NCBI GenBank assembly: GCA_000934665.2
Contig: JYFJ02001086.1
Coordinates: forward strand, 62,001 to 92,133
Direction: 5' to 3'
From: Catajapyx aquilonaris
Lineage: Eukaryota
Length of the DNA: 30,133 nucleotides
In this document: one piece after another, positions 1 to 13,077 of the stretch
Layout of the letters: the number at the start of each line of letters is the position of its first letter
Position numbering within the stretch: position 1 is the first letter of the stretch
Made by a program: the position numbers and the translations under genes
The notes under the pieces: generated by a model
The model's input: the letters and a program-made list of their open reading frames with translations, nothing else
The model's database searches: none
What the model was told of the DNA's origin: nothing

Positions 1-1246
1 CCTTTCGGCACCACGCTACTAAATGAAATATTACGGCTACTTATTGCCGGTCGTTGTCTGCTATTCCATGTAATGCGTGTGCCAGGAAAATAATTATCAA
101 ACTGCTTACGCCATACATTAACTCGCGCTTTAAATTATTACCATGGGAGAAAATGTCAATGACCAAGTGATCAAGGATCAATGGACGAAAGACGTGAGCC
201 AGGTCTTTGACTAAAATTAGGGCCATCAAGAGTAACAACTTGCCCGGCATATTGGAAAAATAGGACATCATGCATATCCTTCAGGCCCTAGAAGCGAAGC
301 CGAAAAGCCTCTCATAAAGTCGAGGTTCTTTGGGCCCTGTCCTTGTCTTCCCCTCTTTCCACCACTCCATCATCTTCATCCATTAGGATCTCCGGGAAGC
401 CGAGAAAAGACGTAAATCCACTTCACTTTCCCCTGGCAATCCCTCGGGAATCATCCCGAGTGCACCGGCCTAACTTATCCTAGACCACACCCAGCGATAT
501 TATAATCACCCGAATAATTCCATCCGGAAGTCACTCTCTTCAGAAACACCTCCTGCTTTCGTCATCTTCCCTGGTGGCGTCCGTCAAACCGCCATTAGGA
601 TTTCATACCCGACAGAAACGCAAAGAGCGGAATTGAAAATGGCTCCTCTGGGGACATAACATCAGGCTAATTTCATCAAATGATGAATTATTAAACAGAT
701 TTGATGTCCATTATAATAACTCTGATGTGCATCTCCGCTGCCTTGGGGTTGTGGAGTAGTCAGCTTGAAAGGTTTCCCCGATTTTTCAAAGTTCCTTTCC
801 CCACCTTTGAGCCACATAACCTGAAACTTCCACTGCAGCATTGTCATTGGCTGGGGAGGTCAAAATTTTCTAAAACCTTACATTTAGGCACATGCCGTTT
901 TTTTAGACAGATATTTTCTTCCGTTAATCAAATTACTGTGTTGGAGACACGCTGCACTTTTCTTATTGAAAAGGACGTGTGGTTACGATAGAAGTGTGTC
1001 GGTGATGCAGTTGTCAATTATTTGATTTACAGTTTCCTAAATGACCAACGTTTCAATTTCTGGTCGCATGTGTACACGGAAGGAACTGTAATTCGGAAGC
1101 ATTTGCCTCTTTTCATTTTAAAACTCAATTGTTCGAACTTGAACTCACAAGAAGCTAAGAGACCTGCCTTGATTCTTGGGCTGAAAGCTATTATTATCAC
1201 CACTAAAAGCATCCTCCTCTGAAAATGAGACGTTCTGGCTTTCAAA

Positions 1247-1291
1247 ATGCACCTGGCGGCTAAGGCACGGAACATGTTACCAGCAGAGAAA
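1247..1291 (+). CDS. Candidate first coding exon (MHLAAKARNMLPAEK) of the gene whose main exon is 2683-3172
   Basis: ATG at 1247 sits in a CAAAATG context (insect-type initiation consensus), and an in-frame TGA at 1226-1228 precedes it. A second in-frame ATG is at 1274. The exon ends at a good donor AAA|GTAAGC (1291/1292) in phase 0, matching the phase-0 acceptor at 2682/2683 and giving a 1391-nt intron. No homology support; this is inference from splice signals only. Confidence 0.35.
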
Positions 1292-2682
1292 GTAAGCTGT
1301 CGGGAATTTACAATGGAATATATATATTTTTAAAACTGTCCAGAGCCATTTTAAATTATCTGATCCAGTTGATCACTACTGACAACAATTCAAAGTTTAT
1401 TATACAATGCTGAAGAAACTCTAAGTGGAGTAAACGAGGTTCCAAGTTCTGTGTCCATACCATGTGAATGTCTGTGAAGATGTGAGAGTTTCCACGTAGG
1501 CTGCTCGAGGGTATGACCGATGTGTGAATCACGAGGAAACTATCGAGGCTTCTTTAGAACATGCACATACACTATGCTATCACGCAAGTATCAATTTAAA
1601 AGACAAACTTGCACATTGCATCCGCTCTTCCTCTAATCGCTCATGTAGAAAATGAAGCCAGAAAAAATATAGTGAACCAGCATATTTTGTACCGGACGAT
1701 AGCCAGCAAGTAGTTTGTTTTTCATCCAAAACGTGACGGATAAAAAAAGTGTGCCTAATTTTGTTATACTTCACGCGTTCATGAATTGAACTATACAGAC
1801 CCTAAGTTTCCGATTCCTGTTCTATATTTCACCCGATAAAATCTGGCGGACAAAACTAACGAACCACTGCACCAACAAGCGCATAAAAAAGATGAAAGGT
1901 GATTTAAAAGAGGACTCGTTAGCTCCATTGCTGGTGTTTGAACAATTCATTTATTGTAGACCACCATCACAGCTTGCTATGCTGGTCCTACCTACTTGGG
2001 GACACCAGCCCCTCAAAAATGGGGTAGGTTGTAAGTGATGGGCACTTTTGCACCCCGCAGTGCGTCACAGATGCAGAATGATATCTTGGCCATGAGCGTA
2101 TAAATTGGTTAGTGTCCCAGCAGCATGCAGTAGCTTTGGAGGAAAAATGATAATAATGAGCTCGTCCAGCACTCTCAGATAAGATCTTTAGAGAAGGATC
2201 CTTCATTGGGGATTCTTCCCACTCATTCTTGGTTATGGGCGTGTTTTTTAAGGTGATGTTCATGTGGGTTTGTACAAGTTCACTGCATCGTGAAATGTTG
2301 AATAAATAAGCCTGACATCTCGATGAAGGATGGCGTGGGAATTATACCTTGGCATTTTCCCCTGCCAGCTTTACACTTGACGGATTTTAGGAGCCAACAA
2401 AGGAGAAGGACCTTACAAGATTAATACTGCACCCTGTGTTTTTGGTACAAGTTAACGTTAAGCGCCAAAGACATCTCGCAGTTTTCGTCCATTTGTAAAG
2501 TAAATGCTCGCCCATAACAAGCGGCATTACTGTAATTTTCCCAGCGATCTTTGTCTGTGAGGTACAGGATGAAATGATTACATTGTTAACTAACCAGCTT
2601 GAGACCGAATGCCACCATGTTTCTAACAAAACCATGCCTGTTTTTCTGACATGTCTTGAAGTACTTTGATTGTTCCTTGCAG

Positions 2683-3172
2683 GTGTGGGAGTGGAGACAC
2701 CATCTGCTCGTGTTAATAGTGGCCGCATTATCTGCGGCCCAGCCTTCTGCCAGCCCTGGGCCGGGCCCTCCTTCACCTGCACCTACACCCCAGTACTTGT
2801 ACTCAACCACCCCATACTCGACACCGTCGTCACAACTGTCCTCACCACCTTCCCCGACTCCATCGTCCTTACCTCCCCACAGCACACCCGACCCAGAGGA
2901 AACAGTTGACCCGGATGACCCGGATGGTTGGTGGGCCGAAGCCGAGTTTTGGGACACGATTCAACCGGATGATGAGGATGAAGTATGCGATGGTGATACC
3001 AAAGGAGGGTGCGGTCCTCCGTGGTTTCCACCGCTTCCTCCGCCTCCACCTCTGCCGCCTGCTTTCCAGCAGCTTTACGGAAACAAAGAGGCATCGGCCG
3101 AAGGATTTGACACCTGCAACCTTTGTGCGTGGGCCAGAAGCAACGATTCGTCCGATCTTCTTCCATCGACAG
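2683..3172 (+). CDS. Coding exon of an uncharacterised secreted or cell-surface protein (signal-peptide-like segment, mucin-like P/S/T stalk, acidic Trp-rich segment, polyproline tract, CxxCxW motif)
   Basis: Acceptor tttgattgttccttgcAG (2681-2682) with branch-like TTCTGAC at 2644-2650, and donor AG|GTCTGT at 3172/3173 (phase 1). The frame is open and protein-like: VWEWRHHLLVLIVAALSAAQP...STTPYSTPSS...DPDDPDGWWAEAEFWDTIQPDDEDEVCDGDTKGGCGPPWFPPLPPPPPLPP...DTCNLCAWARSNDSSDLLPSTG. GC is higher than in the flanks and drops after the donor. It lies within the longest ORF of the window (2656..3249). Confidence 0.8.
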
Positions 3173-6100
3173 GTCTGTACCACTTGTTTGCTCTGACAGT
3201 CTTTATTAATTACAATCGCTTATTTGATACGTATATTATACCTTTTTAAAACCGGTTTCCCGTGAATGTTTCCCAGCACACGTTTATTTTTGGTTAGAAA
3301 TACAACTGAGCCCAACCAAACCGAAATGAAACGCGTTAATTGAACAAATGCTCCCTGGCTGGGATGGAAATGACCCGGTCTTTCGTATGAGCGATGTTCG
3401 ACCTACGCACTCCAGTTCACCTTCCAATTGGCTGAATCCACTGAACCATGAATCCGCCCCTTCCACATACACGTGAAACACTGGAATAGGCTACAATTAA
3501 ACCACGATATCCACCGCATCGATTCTACCACTGCAATCGTTCTCTGCCTCAGAACCCTCCACAACCCCTAACCCAACCCCTCCCAATATCCGCGGTCTTA
3601 ATGCACCCGGGACATGTCCCTACCGTAAATACTACCAACTCCCTGGCATTTTATTAGTAGTAGGCCTATTAGGAGGAGGATGGATGGGGAGGAGGGATGG
3701 GGATGCCGCAGAATAATGCGCTGGAATTCTGGGTCCCTCTTTTCCCTCTGTAGAGGCTAAAATGGCCGAATAGTAGTAAGGTGTGGGAGAGAGGGGTTGG
3801 GGAAGGGGACCCATATTCTCCAGCAGGCACACCGCGGTGCAAGGACTAATTGTGTTCCACTGATGATTTCTGACGCTAATTAACACCCGGCGCCCCTCGA
3901 CCTCCCTACCGAGTTATAGGGTGCGAGTTTGCGGAGTGGAATGGATGGGGGGAGGGGGAGGGAGTGTGCGGTGGGTTGGGGAAGAGGGTGGGTTGGTTGG
4001 TGGGTGAGGGATATGTGGAGTATGTGATTGTGTGTATGCTGTTGGAAGGGACATGGGAACGTGCGGTGTCGCTGCACAAATAAATGTCATTAGGGGACGG
4101 AATGGCGGCATAGCCTCTGCCCCATTCAAATTGATCATTTCTCTCATAATGTAGGACCACAAATCTGAAATCATAATTATCTATGTAATTAACAACAACG
4201 AAAAAAAATGAAATGACACATCAAGATATTTGGTATGATAATTCCAGATGTATGTTACACTGCACTTATCACATTAATCCTAGTGTCATTTTTGGGTTTG
4301 GCAGATTAATCTCTGAAGTCGGTAGTAATTATTTTCAGACTCTATCCACCCGAATCGGGGTTTTCCAGATGTTTTCTGGAAGTCCAACACGCACATATTT
4401 CAAGTCCAAACTTCGGCTTGATTTCCCTTTTGATAAACTGAGATTATTTTCCTAGGAACGTGTGCCACCACACAACCCAACTTCCAGAATAGAAATGATG
4501 ATGTAACTGCCAAACTCGGGTGTGGCAACGTAAAATAATTGCTTGTAAGGTTTCATCTCTGCTTCCATCGTATTAGAGTATCCTTTTTTGAAGACCCGGT
4601 AAAAAATACCACGGAAAGATAATTTTTAAATGCCACTGACAGGCACATTTCTTTTGATCAGAGTAGTGATGGCTTAATAATATATGGGCGGATGTCGAGT
4701 GGGCGGTGAGAAGGCATATTTTTCTTGCAGAGGAGGACTTGATTACAGTGTATTTATTCTGAACTAGAAAGTGTTCTCTTTAATGATTACACGAATTAGA
4801 TTTGCGGTTAGTTTTTTTCTTCACATGTCCAGGCGGCCACATTAGGAGGTTGTGAATAGTTCGAAGAAGTAACCATTACTTCTGAAGCTATCTGGAGATG
4901 AATACATGTGTTTTTTTGTTCAGCGTCAGCATAGATTAGGCGTGATAATTGGCTCAGAATATTGCGATGATGAAAATATACAATTATCACCAAAGAAGCA
5001 AAGAAATGGCAAAGATTCAATATTTGTGCACTAATTTACAAAACAAGCACATACTTAAACTGCCTGCCATGTTGGTTTAAGTAAGTGCTGTACAGTGATG
5101 TGTAAACCACAAATAGACCTACTGTGTAATCAATCATCAAATGCTGCCCCTTATTCCATTGCAGCACTGTTTACTGCAATGAGCTCATATTAATTGAGAG
5201 ACGAACACCGGCTGTGCCCCCTTAAATGCTGATTGGCCAGATATGACTTCTATCTGACTATAAATAAATAAATCATGCTAATTGAAATGTGACCATATCT
5301 GAGAAGTGACCTTATAATTCTGTAATGAGTTTGGACTTGTGAGCAGCAAAAAATTGTGGAGGCGGTGAAAATGAGGGATCAGGGGGTAATGGGGGGGGGG
5401 GGGGTGAGGTGGTGGCGGAGGAAGGTGAAGGGATGGTGCAGAGGACAATTTTACAACCCCTGTGGTATCACCGCCCATTATCCAAGCAACCCTATACGAT
5501 ACAAAAATGATGAGAATCAAATTAGGCGCAACTTAGTGGGGGTAAGCCAGCTTAATTGTCACACAGGATGATATGAAACCGGTTCCTGGGAACCATCCTT
5601 TTCAACACTTATCGTTGGGGAGAGTGAAGACGTTTAAGATGCCCCTTAATTTCCACACCTCTTTTTGGGCCAATTAGTGATCTCCTTCGCCATATGGATG
5701 GCATGACGATGACTAATGGCAATAGAACCGCATACCTCTTTGCAGGTGACACGAAAATTACACCCTATATAGCCACTCGAGATCCGGGTTTTCTGTCAGC
5801 CAGCTGGTAGAAAAGTTACAAATTGTGGATAGTGTGGTTGCAAGACCGAGTATGAAAATTAAGTTTTCAGTGTTAGCTAGATCCAGAAGTGAATGTGCAA
5901 GTTCATGACATATTAAGCCTTCATGTTATGAATGGTCTCAATTATGCTGGCGGTAAGTTTAATTTTTTTTAAACCTTAGTATATGGACCTATTTGCATAT
6001 GCTTGAGAAGTATGCTGTATTACTGAAAATAATGCTTATTTTTATATTTAATTTTATGTATTATCGCGTTAAAATGGATTTTAAACTTAATATGCGAATC

Positions 6101-7795
6101 TTGAATGGAAAATCACGGTGCTATTTGTGAGGCGCACACAGAAGCAGGCGTCAGCAACCCGAATCTTCGTGGCTTGATGCAGAAACTCAGGCGACACCTT
6201 TTTGTAGGTTTCGCAGTCTAGTCGTGGCAAAAAACCAGTTCCTGTTAAAGTTTTCGTTTCCAAAGAGAACGCCTACCTCCTGCAGGCACTAGCCTCGCAG
6301 GTAATTGGAAAAATTGAGAAAAATACTACACGCGGTGCTACTGTACAGAAAATCATAGAAAATACTCCAATATACTGTGCACTATACAGTATATAGACTA
6401 CATTCAAGTCACTCTGCTGCACTTTGCCGACATCCGTCGTCAACATTTTCCAATCGAAGACCTATCTTGGAGAAGTAACCATTACCGACCGACTTCTGCG
6501 GTTGGCGTATAACCACTTATAGGTCTACAGTGTACCTACATTTAAAAAAAAATGGCTTGTTGACGTGGCACTTCCTGAACTTCGCCTTATCAGCTAGTAA
6601 TCAGTAAATAGTACTTCCATCGTATATTCAATTTTAATTGTGTACTGTTTATGTGACAGTAAATATATGATAATACTGATGTTTAAGAAACATTCAGCAT
6701 TCTGTAGGTCGACTGTATATGTCGCCATGTATGGGCCTTTCGGTTTTTGCTACGGTATTTAAAAGCACATTCTCTGATGTAGTGTAAATGATCCTGTAGG
6801 TTTAGACTGTTTCCCCTCTGAAATGCCGGTTTTAGGAATAAGTATGAAGCTTACAAGCTGCTCAGTGCTCAGTTCTTGAAAATCCTTCTTTCACCATTTC
6901 CCATTTTAATAATCCCAAGGAAACCCCTCTTTACATAGCGAGGATCCATTCCGGCGCCTGGTAACTTGAGTAGCCATGCAAGCAGAAGCAGTAGTAAGCT
7001 ATAAAAATGAAGTAGTATGGCCGTGCGTTCCGGCATCACGCTGCTATACAGAGTAGAATATATGCCTGGCAGTCGAGTCATCTAACTGGGGGGCTGGTGG
7101 TCCTCCCCTAGTCTCCATCAGTGACATGGATCCCCTCCTCTGCCACTCCCTAATGGTAATCAAGTGTCGCAGCTGAAGAAACACCGCACATTACTACAAA
7201 AATCCCAGCCTGGCTCACCCCCACTAGGAATTCGGCAATAAAAGCCGAAGGATGCTGGGAGCCAGATAGTTTACTTTATTTGTATATTTTTTGGGTGTCT
7301 ATACATACATCTCCCGTAGTCTTTATTGCATTATGGTCGATCTCCCCCACCCCTTCCACAAGATTAGTGGCCTGGGGGTGATATGAAATGGAGGCCTTTA
7401 GCTGAGGCCATAAAGGACCACGGTTTTAGTGGGGGCGAGGGGGGAAGGTAGGGAGGAGGGCGTGTTAGATTCGCCCTCTCGCCATGCAACCCAGGCATCC
7501 CTTCGATGGTGTGCTTTGCCTGGCAATATATTAATATGAGGTCGAGGCGTAGATTGTCGCGTCTGTTCTTATTGATGCAGCCATGGCCTCTGAAGCAAAA
7601 AAGAAACAGGAGGATGAACTACCATTTTGGGAGATGGTGTTGAAAACCTGGTCCCCGAGCTTGTGATATACACAGACTGGCCAGCAATGACGGGGTAAAC
7701 AGGTAGAAATGCGACAAAACAAATAGTTGTGACCGACACGTAATGGAGGCTTTGAAAATGAGAAATTCAGGTTCTGCAGGCGAGTGAAGTGCGCA

Positions 7796-7822
7796 CCCCC
7801 CCCNNNNNNCCCCCCCCCCCCC
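7796..7822. other. Poly-C tract containing 6 undetermined bases (N at 7804-7809)
   Basis: Seen directly; a sequencing or assembly ambiguity within a homopolymer. Confidence 0.95.
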
Positions 7823-10800
7823 ACGGCAAATAGAAAATCCCTGTGTGGTAGGATTTATAACCATCGGTACACGTTCCGTGAGAAGGACGCGTTAGGGGTC
7901 CTATTTGTACTCTCCAATGTCACTACGCATGCTATGCAGGGAATTTTAACAGCTAGCGTGAGAATTAGTCGCATTCCAAGCCATTTCGTGCACACGGGGC
8001 TAATGGAAAACCTCCTCCACTCGCTCTGCATCATTCACCTTCCACAAGACGGAATTGCGATACTACCTTTCTTCTCCTCGTTTGTTTGCAGGAAGCACCT
8101 GCAGTCTGCTGTGCTTCCATAATGCGATGTTCTCTGCTGGGACTTGGGTTATAAATGCGATACCCGCGGCATAATATTCACTCGGAAAATGGGGGAGGGG
8201 GGATGAGTAGGCCCTACCCATGAAACCATAATGATGAATTTGCATGTGTATTGCAAACTGATAAAATAATACAAACACCATTTATTGGCAACAAGCAAAT
8301 GCGAATAATGATTAGCGTATATGTTTATATCGTTTGTTTTGTGGCGTGCTGTGGTTGACGTACCTGTTGTGTGCACACGTATGTCGATTTGACACTTTTT
8401 TCTGACATGGGGCTTATTCCACCGGCCAGGTTCGTCGTGAATTTTCCGGTTATACAAGTATGAAATACATTTAACCAACTATTTTAAACAGCGACTGTAG
8501 GTTAAATCCACTGCTTGAAAGGCGCTAAATTGTAGTTTGACTTAACTCCCAGTTAAAATAACTGGCCAGTATTACATTTCATATTCAATGTTCGAGACAT
8601 GCTGAAATAACGCGTCAACACACACTATAGTACAGAGTGCCAAAGTTACAAGGAAAACGTGATTTATGAAATCCTGAAAGCCTTGGAATAATCCAAGCCA
8701 ACCCTGATCCCTTTTAATGATCTCTCGTGCCTCTCATTTTCTCCTCTAAACAGGTGTTTTAATGCAATTAGGTTCAGTGCGGGATGAATGGTTCCATAAA
8801 AGTTGAGACGGTACCCTACTTTGAAGTGGTAAGAACGCATGTGCTCGCACCTACCCGTCCCTTTTGATGATAACATCTTTTATTCGGGCCCAGTGAAATG
8901 CGGCACCGCGTTACTCCATGGCAAAGCCCGTATGAAAGGCAATGTCATCAGCAACTACTCATCGTCCTGACACCGCGACGAATCCTCGCCTTGTAATTTG
9001 GCGGTTGGTCCGGAGAAGAACGTATTCATGCAGCAGACTCGGGGCGCCTGTACACCTCCTGGTATGCGTATACGAGGGCATCGGTCTAGTGGTGTCCAGA
9101 ACAAAAGATCGTCGGACCTGGCGTTGTCACTAGGCCTAGCAGCACTGGCGGCTCGCTGTAAGCCCTCCATTAAATCTGCCTGATGAAGTGGTCCGCCTGC
9201 CCACTCCATAAAGTTGTATACTTTATAAGCGGCATCCATGAACAAGGTCGTAAAGTTATCTCGGGAGTGGAGCCGGGGGATTGGACATGCATTTCCACAC
9301 ACACCCTCCCTTAGGCCTCTTCTCCCACGTCATAACCCTGTCACAAATGGTATGCATCTGCGCTCTCATTTACCTTCGCCGATTCTTCTCCTTCTGCTGA
9401 TTGATTCCAAACTGAGGAGGGAGGGAAAGAGGAGATGGGGGTGGGGGGAAAAGAGAGGGACGAGAAACCCCTGAGATAGGATCGCAATTCCGGCCTGGAA
9501 CCGACCTGTCAGTTCGGAGCCCGAGTTGAACACAAAAACTTGCTCGACGTCTTCCCCCAACTAAACCTCCCTCCAAGTACATGGAAACGAGTTCGTCTCG
9601 TTCGAGTTAATGCACAAAATATTTTGTAAATAGTAAAAAGCATCGGTTGGCAGCGGACCAGGCTAGTTTCGAGAAAGTTTGAACCAGGCACGCAGCCGGC
9701 GCCACATTTGCAAATTTGGTGGGGGGGCCATAATTATTCGTTCTTAGTGTAATCCCCTGGCCCACTCCTGACCCAAGTCCCAGGTTTTGGCGGTGCCCTA
9801 AATCCACATGGGGTACCGCGCGAAGAGCCCACACGAGCCACCTGGCTCCCCGTATTGTTTACCCCAGGAACGAGTGCGTAATGACTTCATTATCCCTTGT
9901 GTTGGGTGGGCTTGGCCATGCGTGCTAACGGAGCCCTCCTCGTTATAGGTGGCGCCTCAATCCAACAGCACAAAACCCCCACCATGCTAGCCAACCCTGG
10001 GGCTACTTTCTGCCGGCTTCCCGCATAATCAAAGGGCGCCTACACCATGGGGGCCTTGCTTTTTTCGGGACCCCTTTTTTTGTACCTTTCTTCCAGAACC
10101 ATGGGGCTTAGGGGCACGCCTGGAATTACTCCGATTTGTAGACATTTTTCACATAATGCCGGTGTTTCCAATGCTGGAAAGTGGAGCGCCATGTTGTAGG
10201 AGGGGAAACGAGGCCCACCTGCCGCACGCTTCCTCACTGATGATGATGAAGACATTCTTGTATAGGGGCCTGCAGGGAATGGATAGTGCAGGTGCAAATG
10301 CACGCTAATACAAGGGAGTATCCATACCCCAGGATCAGCAACAGGTGTTTTGCCTGGATACTTTTTTTTTAAAAAAAACAACGTGTGTTGTAATCATATA
10401 TATCCTACTAAAAAGAGCAGCAGGGTCACCAAAATGGCGTTAGATACCGCTTACAAATGAAGACAAACCCTTGCGGTAATGAGCAGAACTGGGAGACAAA
10501 TGCACGGTTTAGCTGGTATTAAAATTAATTGCACCGACTTTGCTTGTTTTGCATGAATTTGGGATCGACCCAGGCAAAAACTCTGGAAGGGGGAAAAGGA
10601 GATGAACTGGGAAGGCAGACAGGAATGGGGATGCTATTGCTATAGCCTACCAAAGCGGCGAAAAATAAATTACCGCCACCGTAGTTTCATTATTTGCACA
10701 AAAATTGGCGTTAATTTATGAGAAGGGAGATGGATGCTGAAGGACTAACAGATTAACGCGATAATTTTGATCCCTAATTTACTTCAGCCTGACACATTTT

Positions 10801-12970
10801 TAGATAACGTGCAGGCACGCGATTATGTGCAATTTTCTGCACACCTAGCTCTTTCCGAAAGTAACTGCCGAGTATGATGATGTATTAGGGCCCAAAATCG
10901 ATATGGGAATCCCCCTAACTGCTTTATTTTGCACAACTGCATTATTTTAAGTGCCAGTACATTATTGATCAACGTCACTAAGGTATCCTGGCGTTTCCCC
11001 TCTTGTCCCCAGACACACTTGTCGAGGGTAAAAAAAACACACACACACCCACACAAAGGTAGCTCTTCTTTGAAATGAATTATTACTCACCGCGACTTTG
11101 TGATGCCATAAAAACGTTATAAATGAGATGGCGGATGTTATCAAAAGACAGGAGGTTCTAAGAATACACATGGTGGTATTATGCAGGTGATAGCCCACCC
11201 ACCTGAGCTTCTATGAATTACGTGTTCATCTGACTTTAAAACAAGCTACAACGTAGTTAGAAAAGCATCTAAATATTTACCTGTAAGCCACTAGGCATCC
11301 TTCTTAATAATACCGTAATTGGAAGTTTTTCTCACAATATTATTCCGTGCAAGATTTATGTACGATATGAGTAGAGTGCCCCAATTTTTTATCACGAGGG
11401 CTGATTTTTAGAGCCTTCTGCATTAGGAACGAGTGCTTTTGGAGTAGAGCCAGCTTATTAGTCTGTCAGAGTCAACCTGTCACCAGTTATATCTCGTAAT
11501 GTATGTCTCTTGGTAGGGAAGCTCATTTCCTGGATGAAAGGGACATGGAAATGGCCGGCGCCTAAGTTCGGTGGGTCACTGCCAAGAGTCTTGGGATAGG
11601 GTCGGGAATCAACTGGAGCTTCTGGGGAAGAAATAATAGCTCGTTTGTCCGAAGCCGCTTTAAAGAGATCAAGTTTGATATGGATGATGAGGGAAGAGGG
11701 TAAATAAATGTATCCTATTAACGAGAGCCAGTCAGGTCTTCAGATGTATATTTTCCCTATCAGTCGCCTTAACAAGGTGTCTGGTATTTTTCTGGAACCA
11801 TCTGTACTTTTATAGCCCACTAGCCGTGCGCGCTTAATTAAGGACATGCCTTTATATGAAGCATAAATGTTCACGATTGCTGAAGGGAAGTACTTCAGGA
11901 AACATAAAACAGTAGCAGACAGGATCACAAGGTGACTCGATACTTTCAACAAAAAAAAAAGGCGAGGAAAAATGGTGGGGCCGGTAAAGAGTATGAAGAA
12001 ACACTGGATACCCTACCCTTCAATTTCTATCAGGTGGCAGGAAGTAGCGTCTGGCGTTCTAGAGCGGTGTCCTAATTGAGTTATTAATCCCACCTGAGAC
12101 GCTGGCGAAGAAGAAGAGGTGAGGGGGGGGGGGGGTTAAGAAGGGGGGAAAAACTTGCAGTAGAGCGTTACGAGTACGCGGTAATATTGCACGTTCATGG
12201 AGGAATGCTTCTTTTTTCGCACGCACCGTGTATACCCTGGGCCTTCATACCGGTTTGGCAATGACGAGTGGTAAATTTCTGCCATCAACTGACCGAAACA
12301 AGCATTAGGTATCCCCCAACTTAAAGAGTAGGGGAGGGGAAAAACCCAAGGCGGGGATAAATCGTGCAGGCGAGAATATGTGGAAATTCTGAAAGGGCCC
12401 CCTGCCAGGCTCATTTACCATCCCAAAACATGATTTTTATTTGGAAGAGTAGGCTTATAATGAGACTAATGAAACCATAAGGAGAGAAGTTGTGCACTTG
12501 GCATGTGTACAGGGCTCTATGCACAGGCGCCAATCTCAAATCAAATGGGCTCTAGCCCGCACTCAACCTGTAAAACAACTTGTGTGCTCAGCAACATGCA
12601 CAACAAGGCAAAGAGATGGAAGGAGAGGTGCTTGACTCTTTTCTATGCGGGATTAGAAATACCCCCAGTCTCACTTGAGGCCGCTGCAATAGCTGGCCCA
12701 CCGGGGTGAATGAGATCACCTTTTGGATTATGTGCTCTGAATGTCCTAATGTAGCTCAATTTCCTCTATGGTCCCATTTACACCCAACGGGACAATGTTA
12801 ATCTATTCTATTCTATTAAAAGTATAGTCTATATTATTAATTTAATTGGTTTTGGTATTATTTAATTGCTAATAAATAAATAATATTTGTTCATCAGTAG
12901 ACTATTTTTACTATTTGTTTTAGTAGGCTATATTAATTGTTAATTAACAAATAATATTGTTTATTAGTAG

Positions 12971-13077
12971 ACTATTATCAATAATATTAATATTATTAGT
13001 TTTACTATTATCAATAATATTAATATTATGACTTTTACTATTATCAATAATATTAATATTATTAGTTTTACTATTAT
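12971..13077. repeat. 33-bp AT-rich minisatellite, about 3.2 copies (ACTATTATCAATAATATTAATATTATTAGTTTT)
   Basis: Units are at 12971-13003, 13004-13036 (2 substitutions) and 13037-13069, with a partial unit from 13070. They sit in a strongly AT-rich island at about 12800-13155. Confidence 0.9.

Noticed and set aside
2387..3196. Overlapping antisense and alternative-frame ORFs (79-131 aa)
   Set aside because: These are shadows of the GC-rich, low-complexity real exon.
2656..3249. 197-aa ORF treated as a complete single-exon gene
   Set aside because: It starts at TTG within the polypyrimidine tract, and both ends (MKYFDCSLQ and LYHLFALTVFINYN...) are AT-rich and lie outside good splice sites. 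It is better explained as an exon with intronic read-through.
4845..4856. Partial matches to arthropod miRNAs (miR-307-like here, miR-8-like near 23757-23768, bantam-like seed at 12711, miR-124-like at 1261)
   Set aside because: Only 8-12 nt match, the 3' halves diverge, and there is no precursor hairpin with a complementary arm. Expected by chance when many miRNAs are tried.
6291..6306. Other AG|GT composites (cctcgcAG|GTAATT at 6300/6301; tttgcAG|GTGACA near 5745)
   Set aside because: The first lacks a polypyrimidine tract and has nearby upstream AGs, and the second has a poor donor. Both are much weaker than 18833/18834.
9076..9095. Isolated Pol III A-box-like GGTCTAGTGG (and a B-box-like GTTCAATTCC on the minus strand near 30097-30106)
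   Set aside because: No partner box at the proper distance and no cloverleaf.
12971..13077. CRISPR-like interpretation of the 33-bp repeats
   Set aside because: The units are head-to-tail with no unique spacers, there are no cas genes, and the context is eukaryotic.
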